DNA of 63,328 bases, counting the filler, from Perkinsus chesapeaki ATCC PRA-425 (lineage: Eukaryota; Protista; Perkinsozoa), in assembly GCA_013115145.1 (NCBI GenBank). It is 4 parts of 4 records of this genome, joined end to end, with 100 filler letters (N's around TTAATTAATTAA, not from the genome) between each part and the next. Parts side by side here need not be neighbours in the genome. Positions count along the whole stretch, not along the records: positions 38,820 to 55,837 come from JAAPAO010000693.1; positions 55,938 to 63,328 come from JAAPAO010001033.1; 2 more parts are not named here. One strand, given 5' to 3'. Positions 47,783 to 61,181 of the stretch are shown in pieces. A model generated the notes under the pieces. It did no database searches. It was not told the origin of the DNA and was given only the letters and a program-made list of their open reading frames with translations. The translations under genes and the position numbers were made by a program. Numbering within the stretch: position 1 is the stretch's first letter; each line of letters opens with the position of its first letter.

Positions 47783-50700
47783 ATGGTCTTGCGCGAGCTA
47801 TTCAGCTTAAGGGAGGAGTGCTTCGGTTCTGGCCTGGTCGATTTCCACTGGGACCCCTCTGGCACTCGCCTAGCCGCAATAGCGGCATCCCGCCCAGCCA
47901 GTATCTGCATTTTCGACTCCAGTGGTGACATCAAACGCGTAAGCACTTCAACCTGTCACGTACAGTCTCGCATCCGTTAAGGACGTCTCGCTAGAGAACA
48001 GGAGAGCGCCGGTGTTAAGCTTCCAGTGGGATAACACCGGCAATCTACTGGCTCTAATTCAGAAAGTAAGTTACAGTTGGCGTAGTTCTCTCGACTGCCT
48101 TCATCTCTACGAATCCCGCATATGGCTAAAATAACGTAGACGGTATGATAAGCCTGTCTTAGGGCCTCTCTGTGGTATCGGTATATCACTATGAAGAGGG
48201 CAAGCTCGACACCTTAGACTGCTCCTCGAACGAACCAACCTTCATCGCTTGGAACAGGATAGGGTCACAGCTCGCAATTGGTATGGCTAAAGGGAACCTG
48301 ATGATGTACGATAGGAGCTCCTGACCGAGCTACGATGGACGAGCAGATATAATTCTCGAAACAAGAAGCTACAGTTAATCGCCGGCAAGCACGGTCGAAA
48401 GATAACTTGCGGGGCTTGGACAACGCAGGGGCTGCTGGTCATTGGCAGCGATGACAGAATCATATCCCTCAGTGAGTACCACTCATTCACAACCTCTGCG
48501 AATTGCGACCTCATCACGACGCTCTCTTCGGTTACAAACAAGAACGGGCACGGTCCAACCTTTGCCTTCGTAGATTGTTGGGCGTTTGTGTAACACAAGG
48601 AGTCTCGTTTGGCACTATACATGCTTTCTCTCTCTGTCAACAACCATGGCTCTCAGGCAACGCCGAAGGAGAGACTCTTCGACAGGTCGTAGTGAAATCC
48701 TCGCCTGTGACAGTCAGGGTCGGTGATGAAGTTATGACAGACCACAAGGGTCGGAGAGGCGTTTATGCTACTATAGCCCCCTATTTGCACTTCACTATAC
48801 CCCCAGATAGGTTCTCTCGAAAGAGGTATCCTGTCGACAAAAGCCTGTGTCGGCACAGGAAAAGATACTCTTACATTCATCGAGCTCGAAGATATGAGCG
48901 TCCTCAAAGCGATTAAGTTTGAGCACAGGTGAATCCACACATTCTGCTCGCGAACATCACTGTAACGGTGACAGCAGATACGGCGCAATTGTCGAGTATG
49001 GTTGGTTCGGTGACGAGCACCTTTGCACTGCATTTACGAGTAAGAGCTCGACCAAATACCATTCGAAAGATTACTGTAACGCAGCAGTACAGTAGCCTCT
49101 GGGTTGTAGCGATGAAGAGAGCTCCATAACATTTCTCATCTAACTCGTAACTGGCGTTACGTAGAATGACCGATGGGAAGTCTCGTGGACGGCCGGAACA
49201 CGGCGATGTCCTCGATTTCGGGTAGTCTTCCCAAATAATTCATCGTGTACCTTTTTTGGAAAGACTCTCAAAGCGTTTGTTATATAAACGTCTTCGGTTA
49301 TACGTATAGGCGTGCTTATCGCCACCATCACATTTGCTATAGAGGGAGGGACTACTGCTGGTAGCCGCTCTTGACAGAAGAGATTTCCTTCGCATCAATC
49401 AGGTGGACAAATCATTGTGACAGCCGGAAGTGGCGAGACCATCGGCCAAGAAATCTTCAGGTGCCAGCCGTTTTCCAGCGTCGATGCTCTTGCCCTCAGT
49501 GCGAATAAGAGGACTCTTGCGCGTTTTCCTCTTCATCTCTAACGGCAGGCTCGGTACCGGCGAAGGCTGGTGGATACTCAAGCCTAAGGGCCGCTGTGGC
49601 TGCTGAAGGGATGGTGAAGATGATCGATCTCCGAGAATTCAGAGAGATGACAGAGGAGTGTGTTAGATTTGATAATGCGGACGCCTCTGGCATTGTCTCC
49701 CATATCATATTTGGGAGGCAGGGACAGACTCTCACATTCAGTAAGCATTATTCAATGTACTTCACCACATGCACGACATGTGGTGGAAGTTTTACATCCA
49801 CATGGAACCATTTTGTGGAACCAGCTAATATTTCGCAGTATGCACCTCTTGCGAGTCTCTTCGGAGCTTAAGGCTTAAATCTGTCCTATCTCCAGTCCTC
49901 CTAAGCGACGCTCTTCCTTTCCTATAGCGGACCATCAGTGGGAGTTTTCGCACATGATAGCTCTGTTGCCACAGGAACAGCTTCTCTTTCAGATATCTCT
50001 ACTGGGTGTATACGGTGCTACGTTGCACGACTACCTCTAATGTTCCAAAGCCGATGCGGCAAATTGGCTTGGCTGAGTAGCTTAAGAGAAGCTACGATAG
50101 TTGAAATTGGTGCGGTGGAGAGCACCGCGCGGAACGAAAGTGAGCTTTCTATCGCCTAATATTATTCCTAATCCAACCTGAGTAAGCGGTTCCCTACTCT
50201 ACTAAAATACCGAGGCCATAATCGAAGGCGGTACCATTAGGGCATGTGCTTTTTGGTGCAGGGATATCTCTACGGTATGTAGTGAAGAAAAAACTGAAAA
50301 CGCGCCGTACTCAATGGAGAAATAAATTGTCCTAGAAGATGCCTAATGAGCACAAATCCAAGCCTTCAGGGTTGAACTTCCGACTTGAACACCGGTCCAG
50401 CCTATAGTTCCGACTTGTCATGGCTCAGATAGCTCGGATGGGACAAGAATTAACCTCCAAGTCGAACCAACGATCCTCGGTGTGGGCCCTGAATGCCTAG
50501 CTGCCGGTGAGAACTCTCGAGAATATGAGTAAACCTCAGCTTTCCGTTGTAATCAGGCAACGGCAAAGAAGTCTTCTTCTATACGCGCTCGAACAAGCTT
50601 TTAGGGAAGCAGGAATATCCTGCCAAGGTTGACGGCATAGAGCTATCTACTTCCTACTCGGCAGTGCTGGCCGGGGGCAAACTGTGAACTCTGATGATGG

Positions 50701-53700
50701 AGTCACGCTCTAACCTTCGGGTGATCAGGTACGTTCATAGTCTCAAAAACTCGGGTTTGATAGCGATCCTCCCAACCGAGACTAATCCGCAAGAAACTAA
50801 AGTGCAAATTTTATCGATGAAACTCACGTCACAGGACATACTTGTGTAGGGTAGATAATAGCTTATCAGACAGGGTCATCGGCATCGTTATCGTAGGTAC
50901 TCTACAAGCGAGAAAGAGCTCATCCATTATAGTGTAAAGACTGCATTCCCACTATCTTGAACGCCTGGGAAAGAAACGTGTTAGGTGTCGGATCGATGCA
51001 GCATAAATGAATACCGGCACTCCGAGGCTATTGTTGACGTTTATCCGAATGGGTTCGGAGGAACGTATACCGCTTTTGTTGACACTAAAGGCGAGCTTTA
51101 TCTTTATAACGCCGTCACTGAGGTAACGCAACTCCCATCTCTCTCAAAACATACGGCGTGTAAAGTCAAGCTCGCGATGAAGGGGACGGTTTGTTGTGAG
51201 CCGTCATTTTACTTATCCGCACATCTGCATTATTCATACGAGACTCGCCATCGGTTATACAAACTACGCCTACCAGACTGTCAGTCGTGTGCCTTGCTAC
51301 GATGTGCTACAGGTCTCCCTAAAACCAGTGGAGGGCTGCAGGGTCGGTAAACTCAAAGGTGTTCTATGGGACCTTGCGGATCCGAACATTTTTGTGGTCA
51401 TTGCCGATGCCCGAGGAGCAGAGCAACTTGACCTTCATACATTCGTTATATATAATGTGAGGTCTCCAGTTATGCAAAACTTGATGGACTTCGGTCTTCA
51501 GTACTCCCTCTCGGGTGAAAGGGTAATCCCGATTGGTGGCACAGTGCGAAGGAGCAAAGTATCAAATGAGCTCATCGACCTTCAATATGGGACACAGGAG
51601 CCTACGGCTCTCTCTCATGGCGAGATACCCATCGCAATTGAAAACGGGTTAGTATCATAACCCGCTCGCTTTGGCTCCATTCTCGCCGATCCCGCCGCTT
51701 TGGCAGCTTCATGATCGCACAAAAACTCTGTTGAATTCATACCGTTCAGCTTCTCAGCCTGCAAACCGCAGTCTAGCATTTAGTCTCGTCCAGCCGGGCT
51801 TAATTCAAATCGCTTACCTCAGGAGAGTCGTTTTGCAGAGTCGAGTACCAGGTGAGCTCAGATCTCTTGAACTAGCCTCTCACTCGGGCATTAAGTCGGG
51901 AATTCGCCGCCTAAACGGTAGGCGCGAGTTTTGGAGGAGCGTACATAATATATGCATGATTACTACAATCCTAGGACTGAAAGATTCTGAAATCGATGTC
52001 GATGAGATGGGCAACCTCCTGATGAGATTCGCAGCCCTCGGGAAACTAGGTGGGTTACTCGCCCTCACTTTGTAGTTTATCGTCCTCCTTGCACCGCCGC
52101 CAAAGTTCGGCGTCCCACTGCGGCGGCCCTCTCACTGTCACGGTCTATTATGCAGCGATTGAGCTGACTCGCTCTCAAGTATTCACTGTGTAGCGGGAAA
52201 GTCGAAATTGAGATTGCCTCCGATACACGCAGTGAGACAGCGAGGCGTTACTGACAAGTTCCTTTGCAGTCTCGTTGAAGCCGCACAGAGTTTGCTAGAA
52301 TTTCAAGTCTCAGATTCGGCCTATCGAATATGCCTCACAATTCCGGAGAAGCCCAGTGATGATAATGACGAGAGTATGCAGCATGGGAGGGACAGCTTCA
52401 TGCGTCTCATCGCCAGACATGCAGTTGAGCTCCTGGAGACCGAGTAAGAAGCGCTTGGTGACGCTTTTGCACCATGAGGCTCTTACTTGCCAGTATGGCA
52501 ATCATGGCGTATAGAGAATGCGGCGACGCAGACATGGTTACTTTTCTGGAAAGATTTGTCAAAGTTGAAGACGTCGCCATGCTCCAGGCGTACATGAGGC
52601 TGCTCCTAGGCCACAAACAGGTGACGCTGCCCTATAACCGTAGATTGACGCCAATGGTCGGCGTTTGCTTCGGCTAGTCTTCACTCATCGTTGGCTTTGG
52701 TACATACGCCATCTAGCTTTTGGGTGTATAGGAGCATACAGCAGGCAGAACTGCTAGGCGGAACAGGCTCAGTTTGAGCCACAAACTTGGGGGTTTAAAT
52801 ACTGTATTTATACTGGTCGTTGTGGATCTGCTTTTGGTTGGGATTAACCGGTAAGACGTTATGTAGTTTCGTCCGAAATTTCAGGCGGCCATTGAGAGCT
52901 TTGTGAAGGCTGGTGCTCCAAAGGAGGCACTCGAGGTCATGTGCGACTCACAGATGTGGGATGCAGCCAAGGGACTAGCACCAACAGTCGATCCTCAACG
53001 CCTTCCGTCAATACACCGGCAGCTCGCCATGGTGAGGTTCAGATCGTAGCAACTTAGTTGTTGCACGCAATAGATAGTAAGACCGATGTCTTTCAGACCC
53101 TTGAAGATCGAGGATCCTTTAAAGAAGCCTTACTGTACTATAAGGAGGCTCTGGGAGGAAGACAGTATCGAGATGAAGACACAGACTTGGATGAGACGGA
53201 AGAAGAACATATCCAAGCATGCAATGCTGGACTAGCACGGTAAGCCACTGGCGCGGCCCCAAGCTGCGGTGAGGCGAACGTGTGAGATGGTCAGTATTTG
53301 TGACCATCTGAGATGGTCTACGAGATGGCCATGGTCCATCTCATATGGAACTGACTCAGTCCCCTATGGGGGATAGCCTACACAGACTGCTCCAGCTAGT
53401 TCTCGTTGAGTAAGGTTCGGCGCTGCCTTCCCGGGGGCATCCCTCTACTTGTTGCTTAACCTCGCATCTACAATACCGAGATTATTTGCTTTGCCGAGAT
53501 GGACTTTGGCTTATCGAACTTATGGGAAATCTCAAACTCTCAGATGCTTGTGCGAGTGTGGAAAGTTCGAGGCCGCTACGGACTTGTGTTTGGAGCTCTC
53601 CGAGGAGGATGTTATTCTCGAGTGCGCCACCAGCATGGAACGGATGAAACAGTACTCTCTCGCGGGAAGGTATCAGTGAGGCGTAGATGAGACCTATCCC

Positions 53701-55800
53701 AACTGGATGTTATCAGGTTACACCAGCATCTTGGTAATCTCGAGAGAGCTTGCAGCCTATTCATCAAAGACATGGACTTTGAGGCGGCCAGGCCACTGAT
53801 GGAGGAGGTAAGATATGCTGACGAGACTTTGAAGCTTCATCATTATTATACAGATCTCAACGCCTAAGTTGCACCTTTCGTACGGGAAAGGAAAAGAAGC
53901 TCGAGGATTCTACAAAGACGCCGTAGCGAGCTACGAGAAGGCCGGTGACTTTGAAGCTATAGTGCGACTGCTTGTAACTGAGCACCAGTTGAATGATCCT
54001 AGAAGAGCGATGGAGATGGTCAGGAACGGTAGGCTGCTGAGGGGTAGCTCGAAATAGCTCCGCGCAATAATAACGGGGCACTAAGTGTACGTAGTTGCTA
54101 GGATTTGCCATGAATGGTTGTGTGAAGAATTTATAACGGTGAAGTACGTGTGAGTACAACAGAGGATAGGAGGAGCGGTCTACGATGCACGGCTGTATTG
54201 TTTGGCAGGCACCGCGACATCTACCAAGGCCGCAGAGATAGTCGCTGACTACTGCCAAAGGGATTCGGACATCCCTGGATCTATAGAGTTCCTAACAAGA
54301 GCTCATCTTGACGATATGGCCTTTGAGATTGCTGTGAGGCATGATAGAATGGATGTATACGAGGGCACACTCAAGCAGGTAGGCTCCAAGCTCACTTAAC
54401 GATCTGCGTTGTATCCTTTGTAAGTTCTCTTCCTTGGTGACGTCCAGTGGCGTAGCTGGGTACTTGACAGTGGGGGGGGCAAGGTGGGGGCAGACCTACA
54501 CCGCTAAGGGTCAATTACTGTCCCCAAAACCCATACCACACAGCACCCATACCTGCCAGCAGGGGGGGGGGCAGCGTGGGGGCAAGCACCGCTGCAGGGG
54601 GGCTACCGCCCCCCCCAACGCCAGTGGTGACGTCATGCAATTTCTTGTATTTGACTCGACCGGGGAAATATCGCTATCTCTACCATCTCCACTAATCTTC
54701 ACTAGATCCACTATCTGCGTGTGCATGCGCAAAGAACAATTCCGCAAAAAGTATGTCCAATTCCGAAACGCTACTTTGGAGCAATATAATCGCTCCTGAC
54801 ACGAGCGTCTATGGTGGCGCAGTTATTTTTGTGAAAGCATCGAACAGCTTCGTGTGCTCATTTATCCGGTCTCCATTATGTCAGAGTGAGGAATCTGAAG
54901 AACTAGCCAAGGACCAGTTCAGATGTGTGGCGGGATACTACAAGGAGAGAAATATGCCATTGGAGGCTGCTCGCAATTATGTTCATTGTGGAGAGTGAGC
55001 CACGCGGGGGAATACGAATTACACACTCAGAAATGACGGGAAAACGTGAGGATGTTTTAGATCAAAGTGGAACGAATAGCCTTCGAATAAACGACGTCTT
55101 CTTATATAACCGGGACTCAGGTCGAATGTGATCAGAAAGTATTATAACATAGTCCCTTTAGGTATGAAATAGCGCTGGAGTTATGCCTGTCGCTGGAGAA
55201 GACAGGATCTAATAGCGAGGGTGCCGCTTTGTCTGACAATGGAGCCTTGGGAAGTCTACCAGCTCATATGGATCTGGCTATCGACATTGCTGGGTGAGAG
55301 TGACGACTGTAGAGTGATTCGAGGCCTTGCTCCTTATTAGACGATCGCAAGATGAGGGAATCATAAACCGACTGGTGGACTTCCTGCTCAATTTCAATAC
55401 AGGTCTGGGCGAAGACGAGTTGGATTACCAACAAGTAATGGTATAACGCGTAAGAATATTTCTCCCAGAGAGAAGTTCTTTACCATTGCGGAGGTTTCGT
55501 GGATGCCGCAGGCCGCATCCAATAACTTCATTGTTCTGTCCATAAGACAGAACATGTGCATGCTTACCGCAGCTATTCTCCGTCTTCCCACATAGAAGCA
55601 CTGCTGTCCCTAACTTAATCTTGAATAGGAGTTGTTCATGTCAGTGAGACCTTCGAGAGAACCTTGTTAGTACCTTGCCACAATAAGGCTACAAGCAAGC
55701 ATGCTCACGCTTTTGAAGATACATGTGCATCTTCTAACCGTTTCATCTTGCGGATGAGGGTCTGTAGTGCTGTTCCGTAGAACTGTAACCAACTCAAACG
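47783..55800 (+). CDS. WDR19: Intraflagellar transport protein IFT144/WDR19, many exons; 3' end approximate, near the gap
   Basis: WD40 exons such as AWNRIGSQLAIGMAKGNLMMYD, GKHGRKITCGAW and NAEGETLRQ match the WDR19 N-terminus. Downstream TPR-like exons follow (EAAKLYE/SYEKAGDFEAIVRL, AYEIA-like). Confidence 0.85.
54445..54626. mobile_element. 182-bp hAT-family MITE in an IFT144 intron
   Basis: TIR CAGTGGCGT / ACGCCAGTG (1 mismatch) and a perfect 8-bp target-site duplication GTGACGTC at 54437-54444 and 54627-54634; G-run-rich interior. Confidence 0.9.
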
Positions 55801-55837
55801 CGCAAAGCAATAAACCAGATACTTGTCCTTTGAGGCC

Positions 55838-55937
55838 NNNNNNNNNNNNNNNNNNNNNNNNNNNNNNNNNNNNNNNNNNNNTTAATTAATTAANNNNNNN
55901 NNNNNNNNNNNNNNNNNNNNNNNNNNNNNNNNNNNNN
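55838..55937. other. Assembly gap with synthetic linker
   Basis: N44, TTAATTAATTAA, N44. Confidence 0.98.
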
Positions 55938-56042
55938 AAGTGGCCGATACTAAACCACCACTACCACCTCCCAGGGTATATTGAAGTGGCCGATACTAAA
56001 CCACTACCACCTCCCAGGGTATATTAAAGTGGCCGATACTAA
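55938..56042. repeat. 43-46-bp tandem repeat abutting the gap (2.3 visible copies)
   Basis: aagtggccgatactaaaccac(cac)taccacctcccagggtatatt starts at 55938, 55984 and 56027. Confidence 0.9.
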
Positions 56043-56469
56043 GCGAGAATCTTAACGTAAATTTCGTTCGCTCGTCGAAATTGAAGTTACTGCTGTCAAA
56101 ATAGGCGTTGAAAAGGTGTAGAAGGCATCTCAACGTCCACAAGCATCTCTATACTGAACACTGTTAGTAGTATGAATTTATAATGAAAGGTGAGATCTAA
56201 AAGCAATTCATATGAATACAGAAGGTAGATACAAGAAATTACGAATTGCGAAACCGCCCTTGGAAAGTGAAGTCTAGTCGCACTCGACTAAACCCCCGCC
56301 ACACATTCACCATATTGACAACAGCAACAACAAGTGTATCTTTCTCAGTATTTTCAAGCGAGTATTTAAAAGGAAGCATTCCACTTCCGTTAAGTAAATT
56401 CACTAGTAGTTGATTAAATCAGAAGACTACTGAAATATCAAACCTCGCTATCATCATCACGACCTCAGC

Positions 56470-58431
56470 TTAGTCCACCTCCTCAACGGTGGGACCGGAG
56501 CTGCTGCCAGTGGGAGCAGCGCCAGCGCCAGGAGCACCGGGAGCGGCACCGGGGGCGGCACCAGCGGCATCACCACCAGCGGCCTGATAGACCTTCATCA
56601 TGATGGGGTTCACAATGGCCTCAACATCCTTCTGCTTGGCCTCGAACTCCTCCTTCTCGGCGAGCTGGTTCCTGTCCAACCACTCGAGGGCCTCATCAAC
56701 AGCCTTCTGGATGGCGGCCTTATCCTCATCGGAGATCTTATCCTTCAGCTTTTCATCTTGAAGAGTGTTCTTCAAAGTGAAGCAGTAGTTCTCAAGACCG
56801 TTCTTAGCCTCAATCTTCTCCTTGTTGGCCTCGTCCTCAGCCTTGTACTTCTCAGCCTCATTAACCATACGGTCGATATCAGACTGAGAGAGACGGCCCT
56901 TCTCGTTGGTGATGGTGATCTTGTTGCTCTTGCCAGTGGACTTATCCTGAGCGCTGACGTTAAGGATACCATTGGCATCGATATCGAAGGTGACCTCAAT
57001 CTGAGGAACACCACGAGGAGCCGGCGGGATGCCCTCGAGCTGGAACTTGCCAAGAAGGTTGTTATCCTTGGTCATGGCACGCTCACCCTCGAAGACCTGG
57101 ATCAACACACCAGGCTGGTTATCAGCATAGGTGGTGAAGGTTTGAGTCTTCTTGGTGGGAATAGTAGTGTTACGCTCGATGAGCTTGGTCATAACACCAC
57201 CGGCAGTCTCGAGACCGAGAGAAAGTGGGGTGACATCCAAAAGCAAGAGATCCTGGACCTGGCTGGAACCCTCACCAGTGAGAATAGCAGCCTGGACGGC
57301 GGCACCGTAAGCGACGGCCTCATCAGGATTGATGGACTTGGCGGGTTCCTTGCCGTTGAAGAAATCCTTGATCATAGATTGGACCTTGGGGATACGAGTA
57401 GAACCACCAACAAGGACAATCTCGTCAACACCTCTCTTGTCGATACCGGAATCACGGAGAACCTTCTCAACAGGGCCCATAGTGTTGCGGAAGAGATCCA
57501 TACAGAGTTCCTCGAAACGAGCACGGGAGAGAGTGCAGTTGTAATCGATACCCTCGTACAAGGAATCGATCTCAATAGTGGCCTGGGTAGAGGAAGAAAG
57601 AGTCCTCTTAGCACGCTCACACTGGGTACGCAGACGACGCATGGCCCTCTGGTTGCCCTCGATGGTCTTACCGCGATTCTTACGCTTGAAGTCCTGCATG
57701 CAGAAATCAAGAACACGGTTATCGAAATCTTCACCACCAAGATGAGTATCACCAGCAGTGGCCTTAACCTCAAAGATACCATCTTCAATGGTCAAGAGGG
57801 AGACATCGAAGGTTCCGCCACCAAGATCGTAGATGAGAACGTTCTTCTCACCCTCACCCTTCTTATCGAGACCATAGGCAATAGCAGCAGCAGTTGGCTC
57901 GTTAATAATACGAAGGACATTAAGACCGGCAATTGAACCAGCATCCTTAGTAGCCTGCCTCTGGGAATCATTGAAGTAGGCTGGGACGGTAACGACAGCG
58001 TCCTTAACCTTGCCACCGAGGAAAGCCTCGGCGGTCTCCTTCATGTAGGTAAGAACCATAGAGGAGATTTCCTCAGCATGGAACTGCTTGAGCTCACCCT
58101 TGTAGTGGACCTCAATAATCGGCTTACCATCAGAGCCACTCACGACCTTGAAAGGCCACATCTTCATATCGTGCTGGACGACGGGATCATCAAACTTACG
58201 GCCAATCAAACGCTTGGCGTCAAAGACAGTGTTCTCAGGGTTTCTGGCGACCTGGTTCTTGGCGGCATCACCGACCAACCTTTCGGTATCAGTGAAAGCG
58301 ACGTAAGAAGGGGTAGTACGGTTACCCTGGTCGTTGGCGATGATCTCAACGGCGTCGTTCTTCCATACACCAACACAGGAGTAGGTGGTACCAAGATCGA
58401 TACCGATAGCGGGAGTTTTTTTATCAGACAT
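56470..58431 (-). CDS. HSP70: Cytosolic HSP70, copy 1 (653 aa from ATG 58431), intronless
   Basis: IDLGTTYS and [11 protein letters not shown] signatures; C-terminal GPTVEEVD. Confidence 0.98.
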   Translation of the reverse strand: MSDKKTPAIGIDLGTTYSCVGVWKNDAVEIIANDQGNRTTPSYVAFTDTERLVGDAAKNQVARNPENTVFDAKRLIGRKFDDPVVQHDMKMWPFKVVSGSDGKPIIEVHYKGELKQFHAEEISSMVLTYMKETAEAFLGGKVKDAVVTVPAYFNDSQRQATKDAGSIAGLNVLRIINEPTAAAIAYGLDKKGEGEKNVLIYDLGGGTFDVSLLTIEDGIFEVKATAGDTHLGGEDFDNRVLDFCMQDFKRKNRGKTIEGNQRAMRRLRTQCERAKRTLSSSTQATIEIDSLYEGIDYNCTLSRARFEELCMDLFRNTMGPVEKVLRDSGIDKRGVDEIVLVGGSTRIPKVQSMIKDFFNGKEPAKSINPDEAVAYGAAVQAAILTGEGSSQVQDLLLLDVTPLSLGLETAGGVMTKLIERNTTIPTKKTQTFTTYADNQPGVLIQVFEGERAMTKDNNLLGKFQLEGIPPAPRGVPQIEVTFDIDANGILNVSAQDKSTGKSNKITITNEKGRLSQSDIDRMVNEAEKYKAEDEANKEKIEAKNGLENYCFTLKNTLQDEKLKDKISDEDKAAIQKAVDEALEWLDRNQLAEKEEFEAKQKDVEAIVNPIMMKVYQAAGGDAAGAAPGAAPGAPGAGAAPTGSSSGPTVEEVD

Positions 58432-58947
58432 GGTAAACAATTACGGTATGTATATGAAATATTCTGGCTGGGGCCAGTATAGAAGGAGACAACGCTTAGC
58501 TAAGTTGCACAAAGCTTCGCCGCCGCGCGCGATTCTCTTTGCGTTCTCGAGTGCCCCCGTCGCGAGAGACAATCTGATGTATCGTAGAGCGTGTTGTTTG
58601 ATCGTATATAATCTGATGCGAGTGGACTATTGTGCCGTACCACTGCTCGTCGTGGCGCGCGTACTTGCGTGCGGGCGAAAACTTCCCTAGACCGCGTGAC
58701 CCGGCCGGTTGCTCATTTGGCCTTCGTGAGTTATTGTTCGCATGTCATCGGATATAATTGAAGATGCTAGCGTTTAGAGTATCCAGTGATGGTTTTAACT
58801 AGTAGGACACAACAAGGAGATAATAGTGAGAGTGTTTAGTCGTAAGGCTTTAACGGCTATAATAACGACGTGATGCCATTCAAATAACATCAAAGGTATT
58901 TTCATAAGTCATTTTAATCGTGTCCAAAGACATCCTTGAAACACCAC

Positions 58948-60897
58948 TTAATCCACCTCCTCGACAGTTGGACCAGAAGGAGCACCTCCAGGAGCAGGTC
59001 CCTCACCGCCGCCGGCTCCAGGCATAGGGCCGGCATCACCGCCTGATGCTTGATATACCTTCATCATAATGGGGTTCACAACTTGTTCAACTTCCTTCTG
59101 TTTGTGCTCAAATTCCTCCTTTTCGGCGAGCTGGTTCTTATCCAACCATTCGAGGGCCTCGTCAACAGCCTTCTGGATGGCGGCCTTATCCTCATCGGAG
59201 ATCTTATCCTTCAGCTTCTCATCTTGAAGAGTGTTCTTCAAAGTGAAGCAATAGTTCTCAAGACCGTTTTTAGCCTCAATCTTCTCCTTGTTGGCCTCAT
59301 CCTCAGCCTTGTACTTCTCAGCCTCATTAACCATACGGTCGATATCGGCCTGAGAGAGACGGCCCTTCTCGTTGGTGATGGTGATCTTGTTGCTCTTGCC
59401 GGTGGACTTATCCTGAGCGCTGACGTTAAGGATACCATTGGCGTCGATATCGAAGGTGACCTCAATCTGAGGAACACCACGAGGAGCCGGCGGGATGCCA
59501 TCCAGATGGAACTTGCCAAGAAGGTTGTTATCCTTGGTCATAGCACGCTCACCCTCGAAGACCTGGATCAACACACCAGGCTGGTTATCAGCATACGTGG
59601 TGAAGGTTTGATTCTTCTTGGTGGGAATGGTAGTGTTACGCTCGATGAGCTTGGTCATGACACCACCGGCAGTCTCAAGACCGAGAGAAAGTGGAGTGAC
59701 ATCCAAAAGCAAGAGATCCTGGACCTGGCTGGAACCTTCACCAGTGAGAATGGCAGCCTGAACAGCAGCACCGAATGCAACAGCCTCGTCGGGATTGATT
59801 GATTTGCATGGTTCCTTGCCGTTGAAGAACTCCTGAATCATAGATTGGACCTTGGGAATACGAGTAGAACCACCAACAAGGACGACCTCGTGAACGTTAC
59901 GCTTATCAATACCAGAATCACGGAGGCACTTCTCAACAGGGCCCATAGTGTTACGGAAATAGTCCATACAAAGCTCCTCAAAACGAGCACGAGAGAGAGT
60001 GCAGTTGTAATCGATACCCTCGAACAAAGAGTCGATCTCAATGCTGGCCTGGGTAGAGGAAGAAAGAGTCCTCTTGGCACGCTCACACTGGGTACGCAGA
60101 CGACGCATGGCCCTCTGGTTACCCTCGATGGTCTTACCGCGATTCTTACGCTTGAAGTCTTGCATGCAGAAATCGAGGATACGGTTATCGAAATCTTCAC
60201 CACCAAGATGAGTATCACCAGCAGTGGCCTTAACCTCAAAGATACCATCTTCAATAGTCAAGAGGGAGACATCGAAGGTTCCGCCACCAAGATCGTAGAT
60301 GAGAACGTTCTTCTCACCCTCACCCTTCTTATCGAGACCATAGGCAATAGCAGCAGCAGTTGGTTCGTTAATAATACGAAGGACATTAAGACCAGCAATT
60401 GAACCAGCATCCTTAGTAGCCTGCCTCTGGGAATCATTGAAGTAGGCGGGGACGGTAACAACAGCGTCATTCACTTTGGTACCAAGGAAGGCCTCAGCAG
60501 TCTCCCTCATTTTAGTGAGGACCATGGAGGAGATCTCTTCAGCGTGGAACTTCTTCGTCTCACCCTTGAAGTGTACCTCGATCATTGGTCTGCCGTCAGA
60601 CCCATCCAGAACCTCGAATGGCCACAGTTTCATATCATGTTGAACGACGGGGTCGCTGAATTTGCGGCCAATCAAACGCTTGGCGTCGAAGACAGTGTTC
60701 TCGGGGTTTCTGGCGACCTGGTTCTTAGCGGCATCGCCGATCAACCTTTCGGTATCAGTGAAGGCGACGTAAGAAGGGGTAGTACGGTTACCCTGGTCGT
60801 TGGCGATGATCTCAACGTTATCGTTCTTCCATACACCGACACAGGAGTAGGTGGTACCAAGATCGATACCGATAGCGGGCGACTTCTTGTCAGACAT
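58948..60897 (-). CDS. HSP70: Cytosolic HSP70, copy 2 (649 aa), intronless
   Basis: Same signatures; ends EEVD. Confidence 0.98.
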   Translation of the reverse strand: MSDKKSPAIGIDLGTTYSCVGVWKNDNVEIIANDQGNRTTPSYVAFTDTERLIGDAAKNQVARNPENTVFDAKRLIGRKFSDPVVQHDMKLWPFEVLDGSDGRPMIEVHFKGETKKFHAEEISSMVLTKMRETAEAFLGTKVNDAVVTVPAYFNDSQRQATKDAGSIAGLNVLRIINEPTAAAIAYGLDKKGEGEKNVLIYDLGGGTFDVSLLTIEDGIFEVKATAGDTHLGGEDFDNRILDFCMQDFKRKNRGKTIEGNQRAMRRLRTQCERAKRTLSSSTQASIEIDSLFEGIDYNCTLSRARFEELCMDYFRNTMGPVEKCLRDSGIDKRNVHEVVLVGGSTRIPKVQSMIQEFFNGKEPCKSINPDEAVAFGAAVQAAILTGEGSSQVQDLLLLDVTPLSLGLETAGGVMTKLIERNTTIPTKKNQTFTTYADNQPGVLIQVFEGERAMTKDNNLLGKFHLDGIPPAPRGVPQIEVTFDIDANGILNVSAQDKSTGKSNKITITNEKGRLSQADIDRMVNEAEKYKAEDEANKEKIEAKNGLENYCFTLKNTLQDEKLKDKISDEDKAAIQKAVDEALEWLDKNQLAEKEEFEHKQKEVEQVVNPIMMKVYQASGGDAGPMPGAGGGEGPAPGGAPSGPTVEEVD

Positions 60898-61181
60898 TAT
60901 AGACTTCCAAGAACCAACAATAGAAAGTGTATGATTAATGCGCGCAGCAATCGATCATTAGCTATCTGCGGCCTTGCACATGCGTGCAGATCCAGGCAAT
61001 CGAAAATTTGCATAAATCAATGATAATACCATTCCCTCTGCTAAACTAGTAACGCAACAGCAATTCAGTCAAGGGTATTTGCAAGGTGTCTTGTGGCGCG
61101 TCTTATGGTCACAGATTAGTGAGTACCAGTAGTCAGAAAAAACGTGATATACAAGCGCACATGTATACGCATCAAAAAAAG

